Shown: positions 10,701 through 25,700, counted from the stretch's first letter. The stretch: 64,000 nt of DNA from Phoronis australis (GCA_002633005.1 NMRA01000053.1:770711-834710), one strand, 5' to 3'. Notes: generated from the letters alone by a model not told the origin. Translations and numbers: made by a program.

Positions 10701-13700
10701 GTTTTCTGTTTTAAAGATTTTGATTATAAAAGGTAAGTTGCATGGTATATACTGTTGTAGTTACCATGGTGATGGATGTAAGTTCTGTCCTGGCTTGTAA
10801 CAGTGCTAAGTAGGTAATTGTTCTCTCTTGAATTGTGTGCACATTAACTTTAGAGACAATATAGTGGTGTTTCTTCAAGTCCCATAATTTGTCGGGCAAT
10901 GGCTTTTGGGCTTTATGGCTAGGACTGCACGTTCTCGACGATGTAACTTGAAAATGTGTTACAGTAAAATCTCACCAGTTTAGGATGCAATGTGGCGGAC
11001 AAATACAACTATATTGTTACCAGTTTAGACACCATATAGGGGACATGTGAAACTATATTTTCACCAGCTTAGGACACAATGTGGCGGACAAATACAACTA
11101 TATTATTTGTTACCAGTTTAGACACAATGTAGGGGACATGTGAAACTATATTCTCTCCAGTTTAGTATACAATATGGCGGACAAGTGAAACTATATTCAT
11201 GTTGGCAGCATGGTGTGGGATGTCAAGTATATCTTGACACTTTATAGACTACTGTGACAACATGTCAGTCATAACTTAATGTCCTATGCTAAACTGGCTG
11301 TGACTCATACAAATTGTGTATATTTTAAATGTTGGTTGTTTTGTCAACATTGCCATTTGCTGTGAACTGTCTCAAATCTGTAGTTGATTTACTCACTTGG
11401 TGCATGCTGATATCTGATTGGTTTGTGAGCTGTAAGGAACCAATCAAATGTTCAGGAAGGTTCACCAGCTGACCCAACGCAACACGAGAGTGAATCAAGT
11501 GCAGTCTATGACAATGTGTGGCAGCACTCATTTGGTTTTATTTAAAGCGACTACTAAATTGATCTTTTTTATTAACTCTTTCAGCAAACATGCTAGTCAT
11601 AAGGCCAAAGATTTGAAGTGTCGAATACGTGACAGTAGTAATGCTAAAATTGTTGAGAATTACTCATCTCCAGAACAGGGCGCTGAACTGCTTTCCATTG
11701 AAGTGGAGAAAATGATTAAGATAGTGAGTAAAATTCACAGCATTTGCATTGTGAAAGGAGCATCTAAGAGACAATTATTTTGCTGTATTAAAATCTATTT
11801 GCATTGCCATCATGCAAGCTGTTCATGACACTTTGTTATCTGTACAGACTGGATGGTGTGGCAAAAATGTTAAATCTAGAAACTAGTAAAGGCCATGTTT
11901 AGTCAATGAAACTGAACTGGGTGTTGAATTTTATATTAAACAAAATAAAGATACTGGTCCATAAAATAATTATATTATAATTTTGTTATCTTATCCATCT
12001 GTACTTATGGAAATCTTCAACTTTTCAAGATAGGTTATCCGTATACTTTTTCATTCTTGCAAATTGGTTTATGGTATTATTTCAGTGCGACACTGTTTTC
12101 TTTTTCAATGTTGGTCACATGCACAAATCCTGTTTTCCGCCAGGAGTTAGGTGTTGATCTCAACAAGTGCGACAAATCATCGTGTGATGGTTCAGATTCC
12201 GGCTTCTCCGACCTGGAAGGCCCCGAGTCCCTGTGCGGGGGATGTATATTTGATATTCACGGTGACCTTGAACAACTGGAGGCACTCAACTATGCAGTGA
12301 AGTCGAGCTGTGAGCTTGGCTTTGAGAAGGTAGGTACTGCAATTGGTGCGGAAAGGAGTTGCACAAAATTTCATTTCCTTATCATGGCTCTCAATCTACT
12401 TTCAGCGAAAATTATGGGGATGACCTTTTGTGACATGATTTTCATAAGTGTACTAAAGTCTTTATTTCAGTAGAAATATTTGCAACTTAATGTTATGGAA
12501 AATGGGCCAAAATGTCCTATATTTAGGTCGCTTGACTGTAATGTAAAGTTTTATGGATTAGAAAGCTGTTTAATCTGCAATATTGTTATAAAGCCTTATC
12601 ATGAGGGTAATTATACCACTGAGATGAAAAATTTATGTGTTCTGTAATGTGCACATTTCATGTGTAAGTAATACAAGCAGTGATACAGTGATATCACTGA
12701 CAATCATATCTGTTCTATTACTAAATGAAAGAGCACAGTCACCTAGTTAATTGATCCGTAGTTTGTGCTGTTCTGGTCCATTCGCTGTTGATCATTCGGT
12801 GTTTACAGTTGAGACAGCGGATTGCAGCACCTAATGGCTGACTCTTGTTTGTAGTATTACGAGCGTCTGAATTATCATGTATCCGCCCCAGGACCGCTAC
12901 CTCCCATACTGCTATCAGGGGGCGCCGGCTCAGGAAGGTCATTGCTACTGGCCAAATGGTGAGTTGGGTCATGTCGATCAATGTCTTATGGTTATGTAGG
13001 ACTTTATCTTGTAGTCTGTGTAATTAGCCACATACTCTCAAAACTAGATTTTAAGGCAGTTAGTATAGATTTTCAGACAGTATGTAAACTATGTATAACA
13101 GTACACAGTCCTGCTACATCACATGTTCATGCAAAATTGAGACCTGTGTGATTGACAAACTGGAACATGGAGCTTTTTGAAAATTGCAATTTTCGTTTCT
13201 GCCTTTTACGTGACATTGTAGACCTTGGTTGGCGTGCTGGTGTCGTGAACAATGGAACATCCATCAGTTATATTTTATTCATAGATTCAGACAATGTCAA
13301 CAAATTTGAAAACTAATGGTCATCAGTGTTTTTTTGTGCGGTGCAACTTTTAATAATATCATGAGTTTTGTTTACGGTTCAATAGACCTGAGCTGTAGGA
13401 ATAGTAGATGGCCTTTCCACTCGGTTTGAATTATGGACAGTTACTATGATAGTCAATCCACTTACGCACTATTGTCAAAGTGTGGGAGTACTGTTTGAGC
13501 TCAGTCGTCATGATGCAGAACAACAGGTCATTTTGACTGTTTTCCTTTGACTTGTACAGTAAGCTGAATAAGGCTGTTATCAAGCCTATTAAGTATTGTA
13601 GTAGGACCTGGATGAGCAATGCAGTTCTGAAAGCTGATGACTTAATGACACTGACTGAGGTATCTTTAACATGTACTGTCCATAATGACACTAATCTGCG

Positions 13701-16700
13701 TGCACCTGTCAATACGTGACCTGAACTGAGCACATTGACCATTCATTGTTGCAGGCTCCAGCTGCAGCAGCAGAAAGACTCCAGTGTGGTGGTGCTGTAT
13801 CACTTTGTTGGTCATTCACACTCGGTCAGCGCTGACCCTGTGGTCATGATGAGGAGACTGACCGCGCAGGTACTGTGTAAACAAACTCTGTGTCACACTC
13901 AATTAAAGCTGTCCTGTTGTAGGTCACTTCCTGTCAAACTGATATCAGCTTGTTTCTTGTCACTGAGGTTAGAATTGGTTCCTGAGTTGGTTATTAGTTG
14001 AACTCTGTCTCAATAAGTTGAATTAAAACAGCAAATTATATTTTATACACTGTAATCATTCTGGTTAATTCAACAAATAATTGTCGGTCTGCTGTTCAGT
14101 CTTGCAACAAGCATATTTCACCCATGTTGCTTTTTGCACTAAAGATGAGACAAAATGTGACAAACAAATTTTCTTAACTCTCATTTTTCTCGTTCGACCT
14201 GTTCTTGTAGTTAATGCAGCATGTGTCATCCCCGCCTGCTTTGACCTCTGACCCCGTGCGTCTTGTGGATGAGTTTCCAAGATGGCTGGAGAAGGTCTCG
14301 TCAAAATCTACCGGGGGTGTCATTCTTGTACTGGATTCCATCGACAGGTTTCAGGTAGGATTTTGAAGCTCTGTTAGCCTGACTAGTGGAACACACTGAG
14401 TGCTTGGAAAGGCTCACTTGCAGGGATTCCTTATTTTGAGAAACAGTTTGTTGTCTTTCGTTCATTGGAGGAAATGTGTTCTCAAAATGCAGGATCTCCC
14501 CTCCATAAGTGAATATTACTGAATGCTGTGACTGAAGTTTTGCTCGAAATACCTTATGTTCAGACAATTGTGGTGGTTATGTTCAGTTCACAATACAGTG
14601 CAGAATATTTTTCATAGCAAGTTATTTTCAAGATTTTCACCTTGCCTTGTCAACTAGACCTCAGGTCACCTTCTGCTCACTTCTTGTAACTCAGTTTGTG
14701 TTGCCTGTGGTTGCAGAATGCCGAACAGAATCTCAAGTGGCTGCTAGACCCTCTGCCGGTCGACTCGCGCGTGGTCGTGTCCGTCAATGACGTGGACTGT
14801 CCACAGGCGTGGCGGTCCTGGCCCACAGTGCATCTGGAGCCTCTCAGTAACAAGCACGTGAAAGAGCTCGTACGCGCCGAGCTGTCGAGCCTTGGCCACA
14901 GCCTGGCTCCAGAACATGAATCACAAATCATCACACACTGTAGAACGCCATCAACCTGCAATCCACTATACGTAATGGTGCTATCTAGGGTCATAGCTAG
15001 GTAATTTTTGTGAATGTAACATACAGCTGTTGCAACTTGGCAAGTCAATGCTGCCCTTAAGTACATCAAGGCTGGGTGTGTATACACAACGCACCAAAAG
15101 CAATCAGACATATACTATTTCCCCACCATGACAAGTAAAGTCCAGTCATAGTACCGTGCTACTATTGTGAATTTTGTTTGCGCTCAGTCGTCATCGCAGG
15201 GGAATTCTAAGTCCATTTTGGTTATTCTAGTCATGTGTACTGCATCTCTTGAACCTGTTCTCAAATGACTGAGAGTGGAACCTGGTCCACTGCAATGTAA
15301 TGACTTTACGGCGATTTTTTGCACAGAAGCCAAACAAAGACTAATGCCAAAGCTTTGTGGCTGTTTTTAAGTCTCTGTTTAGATTTTTTGTTTAAAAAAC
15401 ATAAAGTTACAACAATTAGTGAAAGTGGTTGCCGTTATCAACTGTATTGTCCATTACCATGTGGTGTTATAATTATCTCTCTTTACAGAGACAGGATCTG
15501 CTACTGAAATAATTCGCTTTTTCAATGTTTGACAGAAGTATGGTTTAATGAACTTATGATTTTTGGTGTTTATATTTACACTTTTCCACCACATATTCTG
15601 TTTCAGAAATACGCGAGATTTCCGAAAAAGCTTCCACCGAGAAGGGGCTCTTTTGGAAATCTTCGTTAAGAATAGTTGCTGTTATCATCACCTCTGTATA
15701 CATTTATAGGCACACTGAAAAGGGCGACATAGACAAAAGACTTGTAGATGCTCTGGAGACAAGCGACTGTGTTGAACTGTATGAGAGTGTACTGGGAAGT
15801 CTGAGGCATGAGTTTGAGACAAGTCAACGCAGAGGAATGTTCAAGAAGGTGAGGCAGTCAAGGGGTAGACATCATGTAGCCAACATTCAGTTTCGTTATC
15901 CATTATTACTTACGGTAATGTCTTTGTCATTAAAGACTTGATTACTGCGCATGGTTCAGTACTGTTATCTGAGGTGCCACTCACAATATAACTGTTTTGG
16001 TTTAGTGGCTGTTAATTTCAAACATTTGACTCTAAGAATGAGATAAACCTCTTAGTAATTACTCACAGCATTGCTTATAGAACTTAATCGTAACTCTAAT
16101 AACGTTGTTTGGATACTTCTTATTTTGTGTAGCTCTTGCAGAATACCCGTAGTACTCGATGGGTGACTGGCACATGTCACAAAGTATATCATAATTTAGT
16201 ACAGCTGCATTTAACATTAAAGTACACGTATGTGTGGTAAACGGATGCTCATTAGAATAATTGGGAATCATTTAAAGTTTGTGTTTTAGCTTTGTTATGT
16301 AAAACATGCGCTTTGACTAGTGGTAATTCATCCGACAGAGTTTTTAAAATAAATTACTTTTCTTGTTCGTGGACTTCTCTTTAGTTTGCTTTTCTTTATG
16401 AAGCATTCATGCATCCTGTAAGAAGCACTCATGATGAAGGAAGAAGTCCAGTTGTTGAACGTGATTTCCTTATTCACTTGAAGTCTACTGGGTTTAAATT
16501 CATGCTGTCTGTGGTATTTTTTAGTGTATTTTATTGCAGAAATCGTGAATTTCCATTTGTCTCTTTGACAGATTATTCATATTCTGTATGCATGCCGTAA
16601 TGGAATAGCAGAGTATGAGATGATGGAAGTGTTGCCCGACCTATCATGGAACATGTGGGCTGGGCTATATCAGGCAATGAAGGACTACCAGATCGTTATG

Positions 16701-19700
16701 TTCAAGGCGGGACTTGTTGTTTTGGCACATGAGCAGGTGGGATTCAGAATGATAGTCATGCGTTGTGTAGATTTGTGGGTGGGGCCACATAGTAATTAAG
16801 GTGGGACTAGCTGTGTTTGTGCATTGTCAGGTGGTTCAGTGATTCTGATTATCATATCAACTGCCTTATATGGATATGTGGGCGGATCCTGTCAAGGTGT
16901 CAAAGAGTCAGATTAACTTGGAGATAAAGTGTAATTTTTGTGGTTCTGACATTTACATGCCTTGGGTGATTCGACAGGGGTTCAAAGTAAATTTGACTTG
17001 ACGAGACAAGATTTTTTGATCTCATTTATTAATAAGTACTTTGAAAGTTAACCTAAATGTGTTTTTAGAAATCTGAAGTAATTGCTTGCTTGTTCTTTCT
17101 TGTTATATTTCTTCTGAGTTATGTGTTCTGATTTCTGATAATTCTGTATACTCATTTGATCAAGGTAGTACTGCATTCCTGAAAAATTGACGTTTTATTT
17201 TTGTGTGAAATAACTGTAAGTTTGAACAATTACTGCAACTCCATAATAACTCACTTCTCATACAGGTGAGGGAAGCTGTCACCAATGCTTACCTGACTGG
17301 TCACCATGGTGATGAACTCTCTGCAATGCGACAGAATCTCATCCAGTATTATGTCAAGTTTCTCAAGTAAGTCACTGACGTCTGTTACCATGGCAACATT
17401 CATTTTGTAGTTGATGTCAAAGCAATGATATTACTGATGTTAGCGTATCGCTGTTGTAAGGTTTTCTCAAGTGGATAATTTTGTGTTGTTAACTCTTGTT
17501 GCTTAGATTGTACGAATATTTTTCTTTTCAATAATGGCACTTTTTGCAGCTGTTACAAAACGTTTGTAAAAAGTAATGTTTGTCCTGCCAGAGTATAAAA
17601 TTTCGGGGCTACAGCTAATGGAGTTTCTACTCATCATGCAAAACCTGGAAAATAACAAAAAAGCTTCAGTGCATGGAAATCCGGTGGAGAACAAAATAAT
17701 GGCAATGTCGGGATATGTGGACCGTTGGAGAGCATTGCTCCTTCACAGTCCATGTGCGTTGAGGTCTCCAAAGAATCAACAGTTGACATTGGTCATTTTG
17801 CTGCAAAAATGATATTGTGTTTCTAGCTGGGTAACATCACATTGTTATGGAAGCCATTCTAGTGTGTTTCAGCCAATCAATGGTTGCGTAACAACATAAA
17901 ATAATCTTGATTTTGCTTATAAGTTACATCCGTTCGGCAGTTCATGCAGTCAGTTATGCGTGACAATAATGATTTGCAAGCATTATAAAACAGAATATAC
18001 TTTAAATGAAAATGAAAATTATTTGCTGAAAAACTAAACGTAATATGAACAAAACATTACATGATTGTGTGGAAGCCATATGTTAATGCTCAATCGAATG
18101 CACTGGTTGTAATCTGACATCCTGATTCCACTATTTACACCTTTTATGTTCACTTTCTGCCTTCTATTTAAACAGCAAACCGGAAGTGTAAGGCTACCCT
18201 GTGTGTTTGCTTTGCTGTGTTTTATTGTCTACTCTGTTGATTGCTTTGTAATAGGAGACTTGATGCTCACTAGGTGGTGCTAATGTAGAAACTGATTGTT
18301 TGTCATTATGTGAATAGAGAGGGAGCACCAAGTGGCCTCTTTTCCTGAGGGACATTCAAGAGATGAAAGTGTAATATGACTACCTACTGGGGCATGTATT
18401 CATACACAGGTGGACTATTTTTTGCTAGCGCCAACTTGTGAATTTCAAGTTTCTCATTTATGTCAGTGTGAATTATTGGTTGTGGCTCGTTTTCATGCGC
18501 ATATTAGATACTTGACAAAGAAAGATATAAATTCAGTTGTAGCAAAATTGGTTTATTTGTTATTTCGATTTATTACTTGGTCTCATCTGGTTCTGGTCAG
18601 TTAAGAATTATGTGATGGCATGTATATGCTGCGTGCTGAGATCTCCAAATAAGCAACCTCTATTAATTAGTCTGCCAGTGAAGCCAGGAAAATGTGCCTG
18701 TGGGTTTTCTTCATGAATTATGGAAACCATTCTTCCCTTTGTTTAAAGTAACGTCAAAAGCAATGTTTAGCTGCAGTTCATGCACATGTAGTTGTTTAAT
18801 ATAAAAATCCCAGCAATTGTTTCTTGCTGCCTTCTTAAACTCGGGTCTATTACCAGAGAGTTCTTAGAGAAAGAACAATGTAGATTGCAATATGAAAGGT
18901 GTGAACTTCAAGTAAGCAGGTTTGAACACTTGTTCAGTGAAATTAGACGTACACTTATCTGTTCCATCTTGACAATGCTCGTTGGGGAGGTGTGAAAATG
19001 AACTTGTTTTGAATTTAATCGTATCTCTTTCGCTGGCCGTCATAAATTTCACAAAACGTATTCACCTCCATTTCATTACATTTGAATCACAGAGGGATGG
19101 CTTCAAATGTAAATGTTGCTCTTTAATTTGTCAATGGTGAGACAAAGTATGTGTATAACTTTTGAAATTACTGACAAGCAAATGTCACTTGAAAAAGAGT
19201 ACCCTTGTGTTAAGGCTAAAGGTATAGTTACACGCTCAGGCAGTGAGCAAAGAATGATGAAAGTCGCTGCGGTTTACTAAGTGATCGTCAACTCAGAGTT
19301 TTCCAAGCGGCATGCTACTTTTACTGTGGAAGGCAGGTAATAATAGGTGTAGTCTCCATTTACAGACCGGGCTCTGTAACATGTCGTGTGGCTGATGAAC
19401 TGCCATGGCTTATGATACAGATGGAAGAAAGGACCAGACTTAAGGAATGTCTCACCAACTTGTGTGTCTTCCAGAGGCTCTACGGCAGGTGAGATGGAGG
19501 GGGGAGGTCCTCTTGTTGTTCTCTGCCATGCGCAGCCATTGCCATGCGCAGCTATTGTGTACATGCAGGTCGCATTTGCGACGTGAAAATTAGAGCTGTG
19601 ACCTAACCTTTTGGCTCACATCAGACGACTCAGGAATTCCACCTCATGTGAACAGAGCCATTTTGTATACAATTGTCTATAACCAATTACAACAGAGGCA

Positions 19701-22700
19701 AACCACTGTATTAAAAATACCTCGTCTCCCTTGGCCGGCTTTATCAAAATTTCCCACTTTTCAACTCAAGTATCCCGTTTTTTTGTTGTCATATGTTGAC
19801 AAGTGTGAATTTCACGTACTTTAGATGTAAGTGTGGCCTGCATTACACAAATACAGTCTGGAATTTTGGCGTGGTTACAAACAGCCTGTATTTTTATGAG
19901 TAGCAGTGTAGTGGTATTGAGACTTAACTCTTGTTTGTACCATCTGGTCTGGCATCAGAGTACAAATCTCATAGTTCTTGGATTACATAAAACTGCAGAC
20001 GACTCCCACTTTGTCCAGTTGATGTGTATAGTTTTTGTTACGAAAAAGTGGATTCAAAGTTCAGTTCAACTTGTGACAACCTCTGAATGATCATGAAACT
20101 TTTAGTATTTGTTGCCATTCTACAGAGGTCGCTCGGCAGAGTTGATCCACTACTGGCAGCTAATAGGTTACGATAAAGTGCAGATGGCTGACGCGTACTT
20201 TGCCAAGACAAGAGTCATGGAGTCAAGTGAGTTATGTCTTCATTGAGCCAGCTGTGCCCAGTTGCATGAAAAGGTCCCAAATAGAGACTCAACTATGTAC
20301 CCTAACTTTCCACTACATTTGTGGACTTGTACAAGCACTGCTGGGTGCGTCTTAGTTGCTAAGTCCTTTGTTGCTAAGACAAGTCTTTGTTACCCACTAC
20401 TAGTAAACTTTGCGTTGAAGTATCGATATCAACAGGGAGCTTTTCATGCAATGCCCCTAATTTAAGGACTAAGTCCCTCTTTATTTTCTTCGAAATGAGG
20501 GCTCAACTTTTTAGTAATCATGTATTATCTTAAGAAAACGACAGTAATCAAAAAGGAGCTTGTGATAAAGATAACTTGACAGTTAACAAAGACACGGACA
20601 TGCCAAAGATTTAGGGAACTTTGTTGAGTCTTATTTGTAACTGTTTCATGCAACTGACTCTGAGGCTTTTGAAGACCAAATGTTTGTCAATGTAGCAGAG
20701 CTAGCCACTGATGACAGTTAAGCATTTGACTTTTAACTTGTGTGATAAAGCAAAACTGAGTGAACGTTTAAGAATCGGTATTATATAGCAAGTATTCCAG
20801 GAATTGAAATTGTGATTGTTTTTTGGTGTTAGTGAGTAGCATCTGTCCTTCCAGTCTTATTTTATTCATTAAGATTTTTTTTTCGTATTCCTCAGTTTAT
20901 TGTCTGTTTAATGGATGGAAATTTAAAAAACTATTAAATGAGAAAAGTTGTCTCAGTTATTAATTGTGTAGTCATGGCTATTTACAAATAACTGACAGTA
21001 CTTGACAGAGTGTGACAGAACTCAATTAGACTCTGCCAAACTTGGACAAACTCATCTGAGAATGACTTCGGAGTTTTATTCCATTTTTGTAGAAATTTTG
21101 TCAAACTTTGAATGGATGTTATTGCACTTAGCCATTGATTTTTATTTGTGAATGGATTTTAACAGAGAGCGTCGAGTAACACCGGCCAGAATTGAAACGG
21201 TTGTAGTTGAAAAGAAGGAGATATTTAGTCAAATTTTAACTTTGTTCAGTTTATTTTGTCACTAATTATTTTTGTGTTTGGTTATTAGATGAGCATTTTG
21301 TTTGATATTCTGATTTCATTTGATTGTAATAATTACAGAAATAGGTCAAGGTCATTTTCAAGGTATCATTACTCTACCACGGGTCGCAGACATGTTTGAG
21401 ACCCTTGGCAGGTTTCTCAGGGACTTGGGGCTCCTTACACAGGTATGTTGTTTTGCAAGGATGTAGCATGTGCACGAGTCACATGACTTTTTTGCATGTT
21501 GCGCTTTCATTTTTAGTAGAGTATGAAACAAAGTTTCAACTTTAATTATTGAAGTAAACCACTTTGTGGGTGAGACCAAAAAAATTGTTAAGTGACTGAA
21601 ACTGTTGAGTACTAAATAGAGAATGTCAGTACAGTAAATTTATTGATGCTATAGCAATAGTTAACCATCAAGAGGTCACACTGTGAGTTGCTGCAGCTGT
21701 TGTGATTGTGCAGACGCCATGATTATTTTGTAGATGATTTGAAACTAACCTTAATATGTTTCTGAAATTGAGTCCTGTATTTACATTAGTTTACCATGTG
21801 TTGACAATCTTGATCACTACAGGCGGCAGTACCTCTTCAAAAGTCGTTAGAGCTGAGAGAGACTGCATTGGACCCTGATCATCCGAGTGTTGCACGATCT
21901 TACCACCAGCTGGCAGGACTGCATGCTCAGTGGAACAAGTTCCAGTCTGCTGAATCTCTCTACAAACAGGCTCTGGAGATCTATGAAAGCGCCTTCGGTG
22001 CACACCACCATCTGGTGGCTAAAGAGCTCGACGCACTGGCGGTTTTGTATCATAAGCAAGATAAGCATGAAAGTGCGGAGAAAATCCACCGACGTGCCAT
22101 GAAAATTCGCAAGAAGTCCAAAGGACCACGTGTTCCGTCTGGTACGATGAGATCAGTCGACCCGCTGAAGAGGAGAGCTCTTCGTCTGGAGGAGTTAGCC
22201 ATGGGTGCTGACTCCCCAGGATTAGCAAAGACTCTTAATGAGCTGGGTGTTTTGTATTATCTCCAGGGAAACCAAGAGTGAGTCATTCATTACCTTGTTT
22301 GTTAAATATGCTGGCATTATCTCAGAGCTTAAAAAGCATTTTTCTCATTGCTAAAATATCTTGGATTGTCAAGGACTGGAAACCTTGTTTTTGTTTACTT
22401 GAACTTGTTAGCTTGCAAGCCTTGGAATTTTTTGTTACACTATAAGTACATTTAGTAACAGCTGTGCAATTTACTGCTTATTTTTAAATTTATTTAATAA
22501 TGTAATATTTACAATGAAGGTGGTCCCATCAGTTTTCACTGCTTTCCATGGGGGCCCTCAGTAAAGACATACAAAGACAGTAAGACAAACAAACAGAATT
22601 ACAAAATGAAAGACTAGGTTGTCAATTGTGAATATGAAACTGATGAAACAAAATAAATAATAAAAAATAAATACAAGATAAACAAAATAAATAATTATTA

Positions 22701-25700
22701 AAATAAATACAAGATACTAAAAGTAAACGAGAAAGTGACAGAGCTCTATGTTATAAATCAGCCTGAAACATCATTTAGTGATGATAATGTTTTATCAATT
22801 GACTCTGCTTGTCAGTAACTCAAATTAAATGAACAATGAAGGCAGTTTTAATAACTCTTTTGTGTTAAAGAAATGTTTGTCGATTTTGCTCTGAAAAAAG
22901 TTGTAACAAGTCGGAAAATTTCTTTCTCAAAACTCTTAAGCGTGTGTCCCGTCAAAAAATCTTATTCCCATTATACATTAATGTCTTCTAACATATTAAT
23001 TTTCGTCTTAACATAAAGTAGTGACAATTCAGGGTTGAGTTATGTACAGTAAATTTCAAGACATTATGAAACAGAAACAGCGCATTAAATCCGACTCATA
23101 ATTACCAAACCAACCTAAGCGACCAATCATTTCATTGGCCACCATTTTGCTTGGACGGGCATGCATGTGATTTTGAGACATCTTGCTTTTCTCACAAAAA
23201 ACTAGCTCTCCAGATTTATGTGAGATTTCTTCTAAAAATTAACAAAATCTGTTCAATGTCTTGTTTTCCAAAGTGTTCTTGTATTTCATTTGACATTTTC
23301 TATATCCTTGCAGTGGCTGTCCTTACGTAATAATTTATGGTGTTTCACATTGTCTTGCAGTGCTGCAGAGTCATTCTTCAAGCGGTCTCTGGATATGCGG
23401 GAGAATGTACTCAGCGCGGATCACCCTGATCTCGCTCAGTCGCTCAACAATCTGGCAGCGCTCTTCAACGACCGCAAGCTCTACGACAAGTCGCAGCCTC
23501 TCTATGAACGCGCTCTGCAGATCAGACGCAAGCACTTTGACATAGAGCATCCCAGTGTTGCTTCCATCATTAAGCATCTTGCTCTCCTCTATAAGAAACA
23601 GGTGGGTGAGTGATGTAGCATGCGCGCACCCAAGGGGGCTCGAAGGAGCCCCCCATTTGGCGAAGTGGGCAAAAAGGTACGTCTCTGAGAAACAAGTCCG
23701 AGAAAATGAGACAAAAGTCCACTAAACAAGCACAAACGCTTAATTCACAGTGGTGCTCCCATTTTTTTTAGTCCTCCCGCTTTCTTTACCAAAAGGTCCA
23801 CAATGTCAGGAATTCGAGCAGCCCATATTGAAGGCTGGGTGCGCTCATGTATGGTGTATCTTTTAGTAATATGCATCCATGTTTTGGATTTTTATGTTGC
23901 GACATGGCTGTGCAACGACCTTTTCTCGTTGGCAGGGTAAATTGGAGCAAGCCCAGGTATACTACTGTCAGGTGGTGGAGATACGGGAGAAGTCGTTCGG
24001 CTGTCAGCATCCATCTGTTGCCACTGCTCTCGTCAATCTGGCTGTGTTGCTATGCCAACAGGTGAGAACAATGTTCACAGAGCCCCGCACAGTCATAATG
24101 AGATATCACCAGAATTGCTTCTTTAAAGCCATGCAAAGATAGCAACATTTAAACTACCATTTTGAAGGTGTTTCTGGTCAAATTGGTATATTTTACTTAC
24201 TTGGAATAGAATTTAGAAAATTTTCTAATTGGATGATTAAACATATGAAACCAACATACATTATTTTTTCTTATTGACTCGATAATCGCAGTTGTATAAG
24301 TTTTTTATATGTTTGCGGCATTGTTCAAATCCATTGGTAATTTTTATGTATCTGGGCTGGAACTGAAATTAGCCAAGATGTATCAGTCACTGCGGACAGC
24401 GACTTGAGCAGAGAAGTGAGAGAACACAATTGACCTGGAATGGCTGACATTGTTCAAACTTACGCACTTGCTCATTTGTACAAGTTAGGATAGATCGCAG
24501 CTGTCAAATCTCTGCCATGTGCTAGTCTAGCATGGCATGACAATGTGAGTTTTTGTCTATTATTAAATCTTTGAGCCGCTTTGTAAGAGAAGATGTTGCT
24601 TCCCCCACAGAGTAAGCACTTGGAGGCACATCCTTTGTATGAGAGAGCGCTGAAAATATATGAGGATTCCTTGGGTCCATGTCATCCTCGAGTGGCTGAA
24701 ACTCTCAGGAACCTGGCGGTACTCAAGTATGAGCAGGTACTAGCACCCTCTTTTGGTCACTTTGTTAAGCATCACTCATTGCTGCAAGTTATTCTCAGAA
24801 TTGGAATCACTTGTCTTGGAGTTATTTGCAATTTGCACTTTAATCAAATGTAACTTTTTGAATTGTTCATTATTAGTGAGTGTAATTAAAAAGTGAGTGT
24901 AATTAAAATCATCTCCTTTTATATGAAAAAACATTTGGTTGCGCATCTTTTGTTTGGTAGAGGAAACACCCTGCCTAGTTATTCTGTAATGCTTTTGTTC
25001 TTTCTACAGAGTTTTGCATTTTAATGTCTTCAGGAAAAAATCTAGTTAACTTTGATGATACGACTTGTATTCATTGGTATTGTTCTTAACTCGTTTTATA
25101 TAACAAGCATGGTCACAATCATTAACTATTAGGGCCATCCTTCATTAAACTCTCATCATTTGTGGAGGTAGATAAACATGTGACTTTTGGCCAAATTCTT
25201 GGGGTCAACATTGCAACTGAAAATTAATTCAATAATCCAATGTTGCATTCATTAAACTGATGAATTACATAATTATAATTAAGATATTAGACAGCAACCA
25301 CAGCATTTTCACATGAAGAAGCAGGACAAGTGCTTGGCACATGTGTTGCATTGTGGGTAAATCCTTTGGAATGAGAGTGGTGCTGTGCTATTTTGGGACG
25401 GGCCTACTGTCTGTTCTTCCTAAGCCCAGACGTCATTCCTAAGCTGTGTGAGGACCGCAGTGAGAACTAATTTTACGGCTGCAGTAGACGATCATAATCA
25501 GAAGTGAGTTGGCTGACAAATGACGTGTACCTACTTTTGGCAGCTTGCAGTTTTGTTCTACTAGCTGACTTCAGTAATCTGTTGTTGTTTTAGGGTGATT
25601 ATGAAGAGGCCGCCAAATTATACAAGCGTGCGACAGAGATCAAGGAAAATGAAGTGAACAAAGACATGTCTCGGAGAAGCTCTAGTGCAGACACGTTGTC

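Larger units (their letters stand above)
9382..11023 (+). repeat. ~420-bp near-identical duplication (9382-9799 vs 10606-11023) flanking the N gap
   Basis: Offset 1224 bp, about ten substitutions; includes exon 8. Confidence 0.95.
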
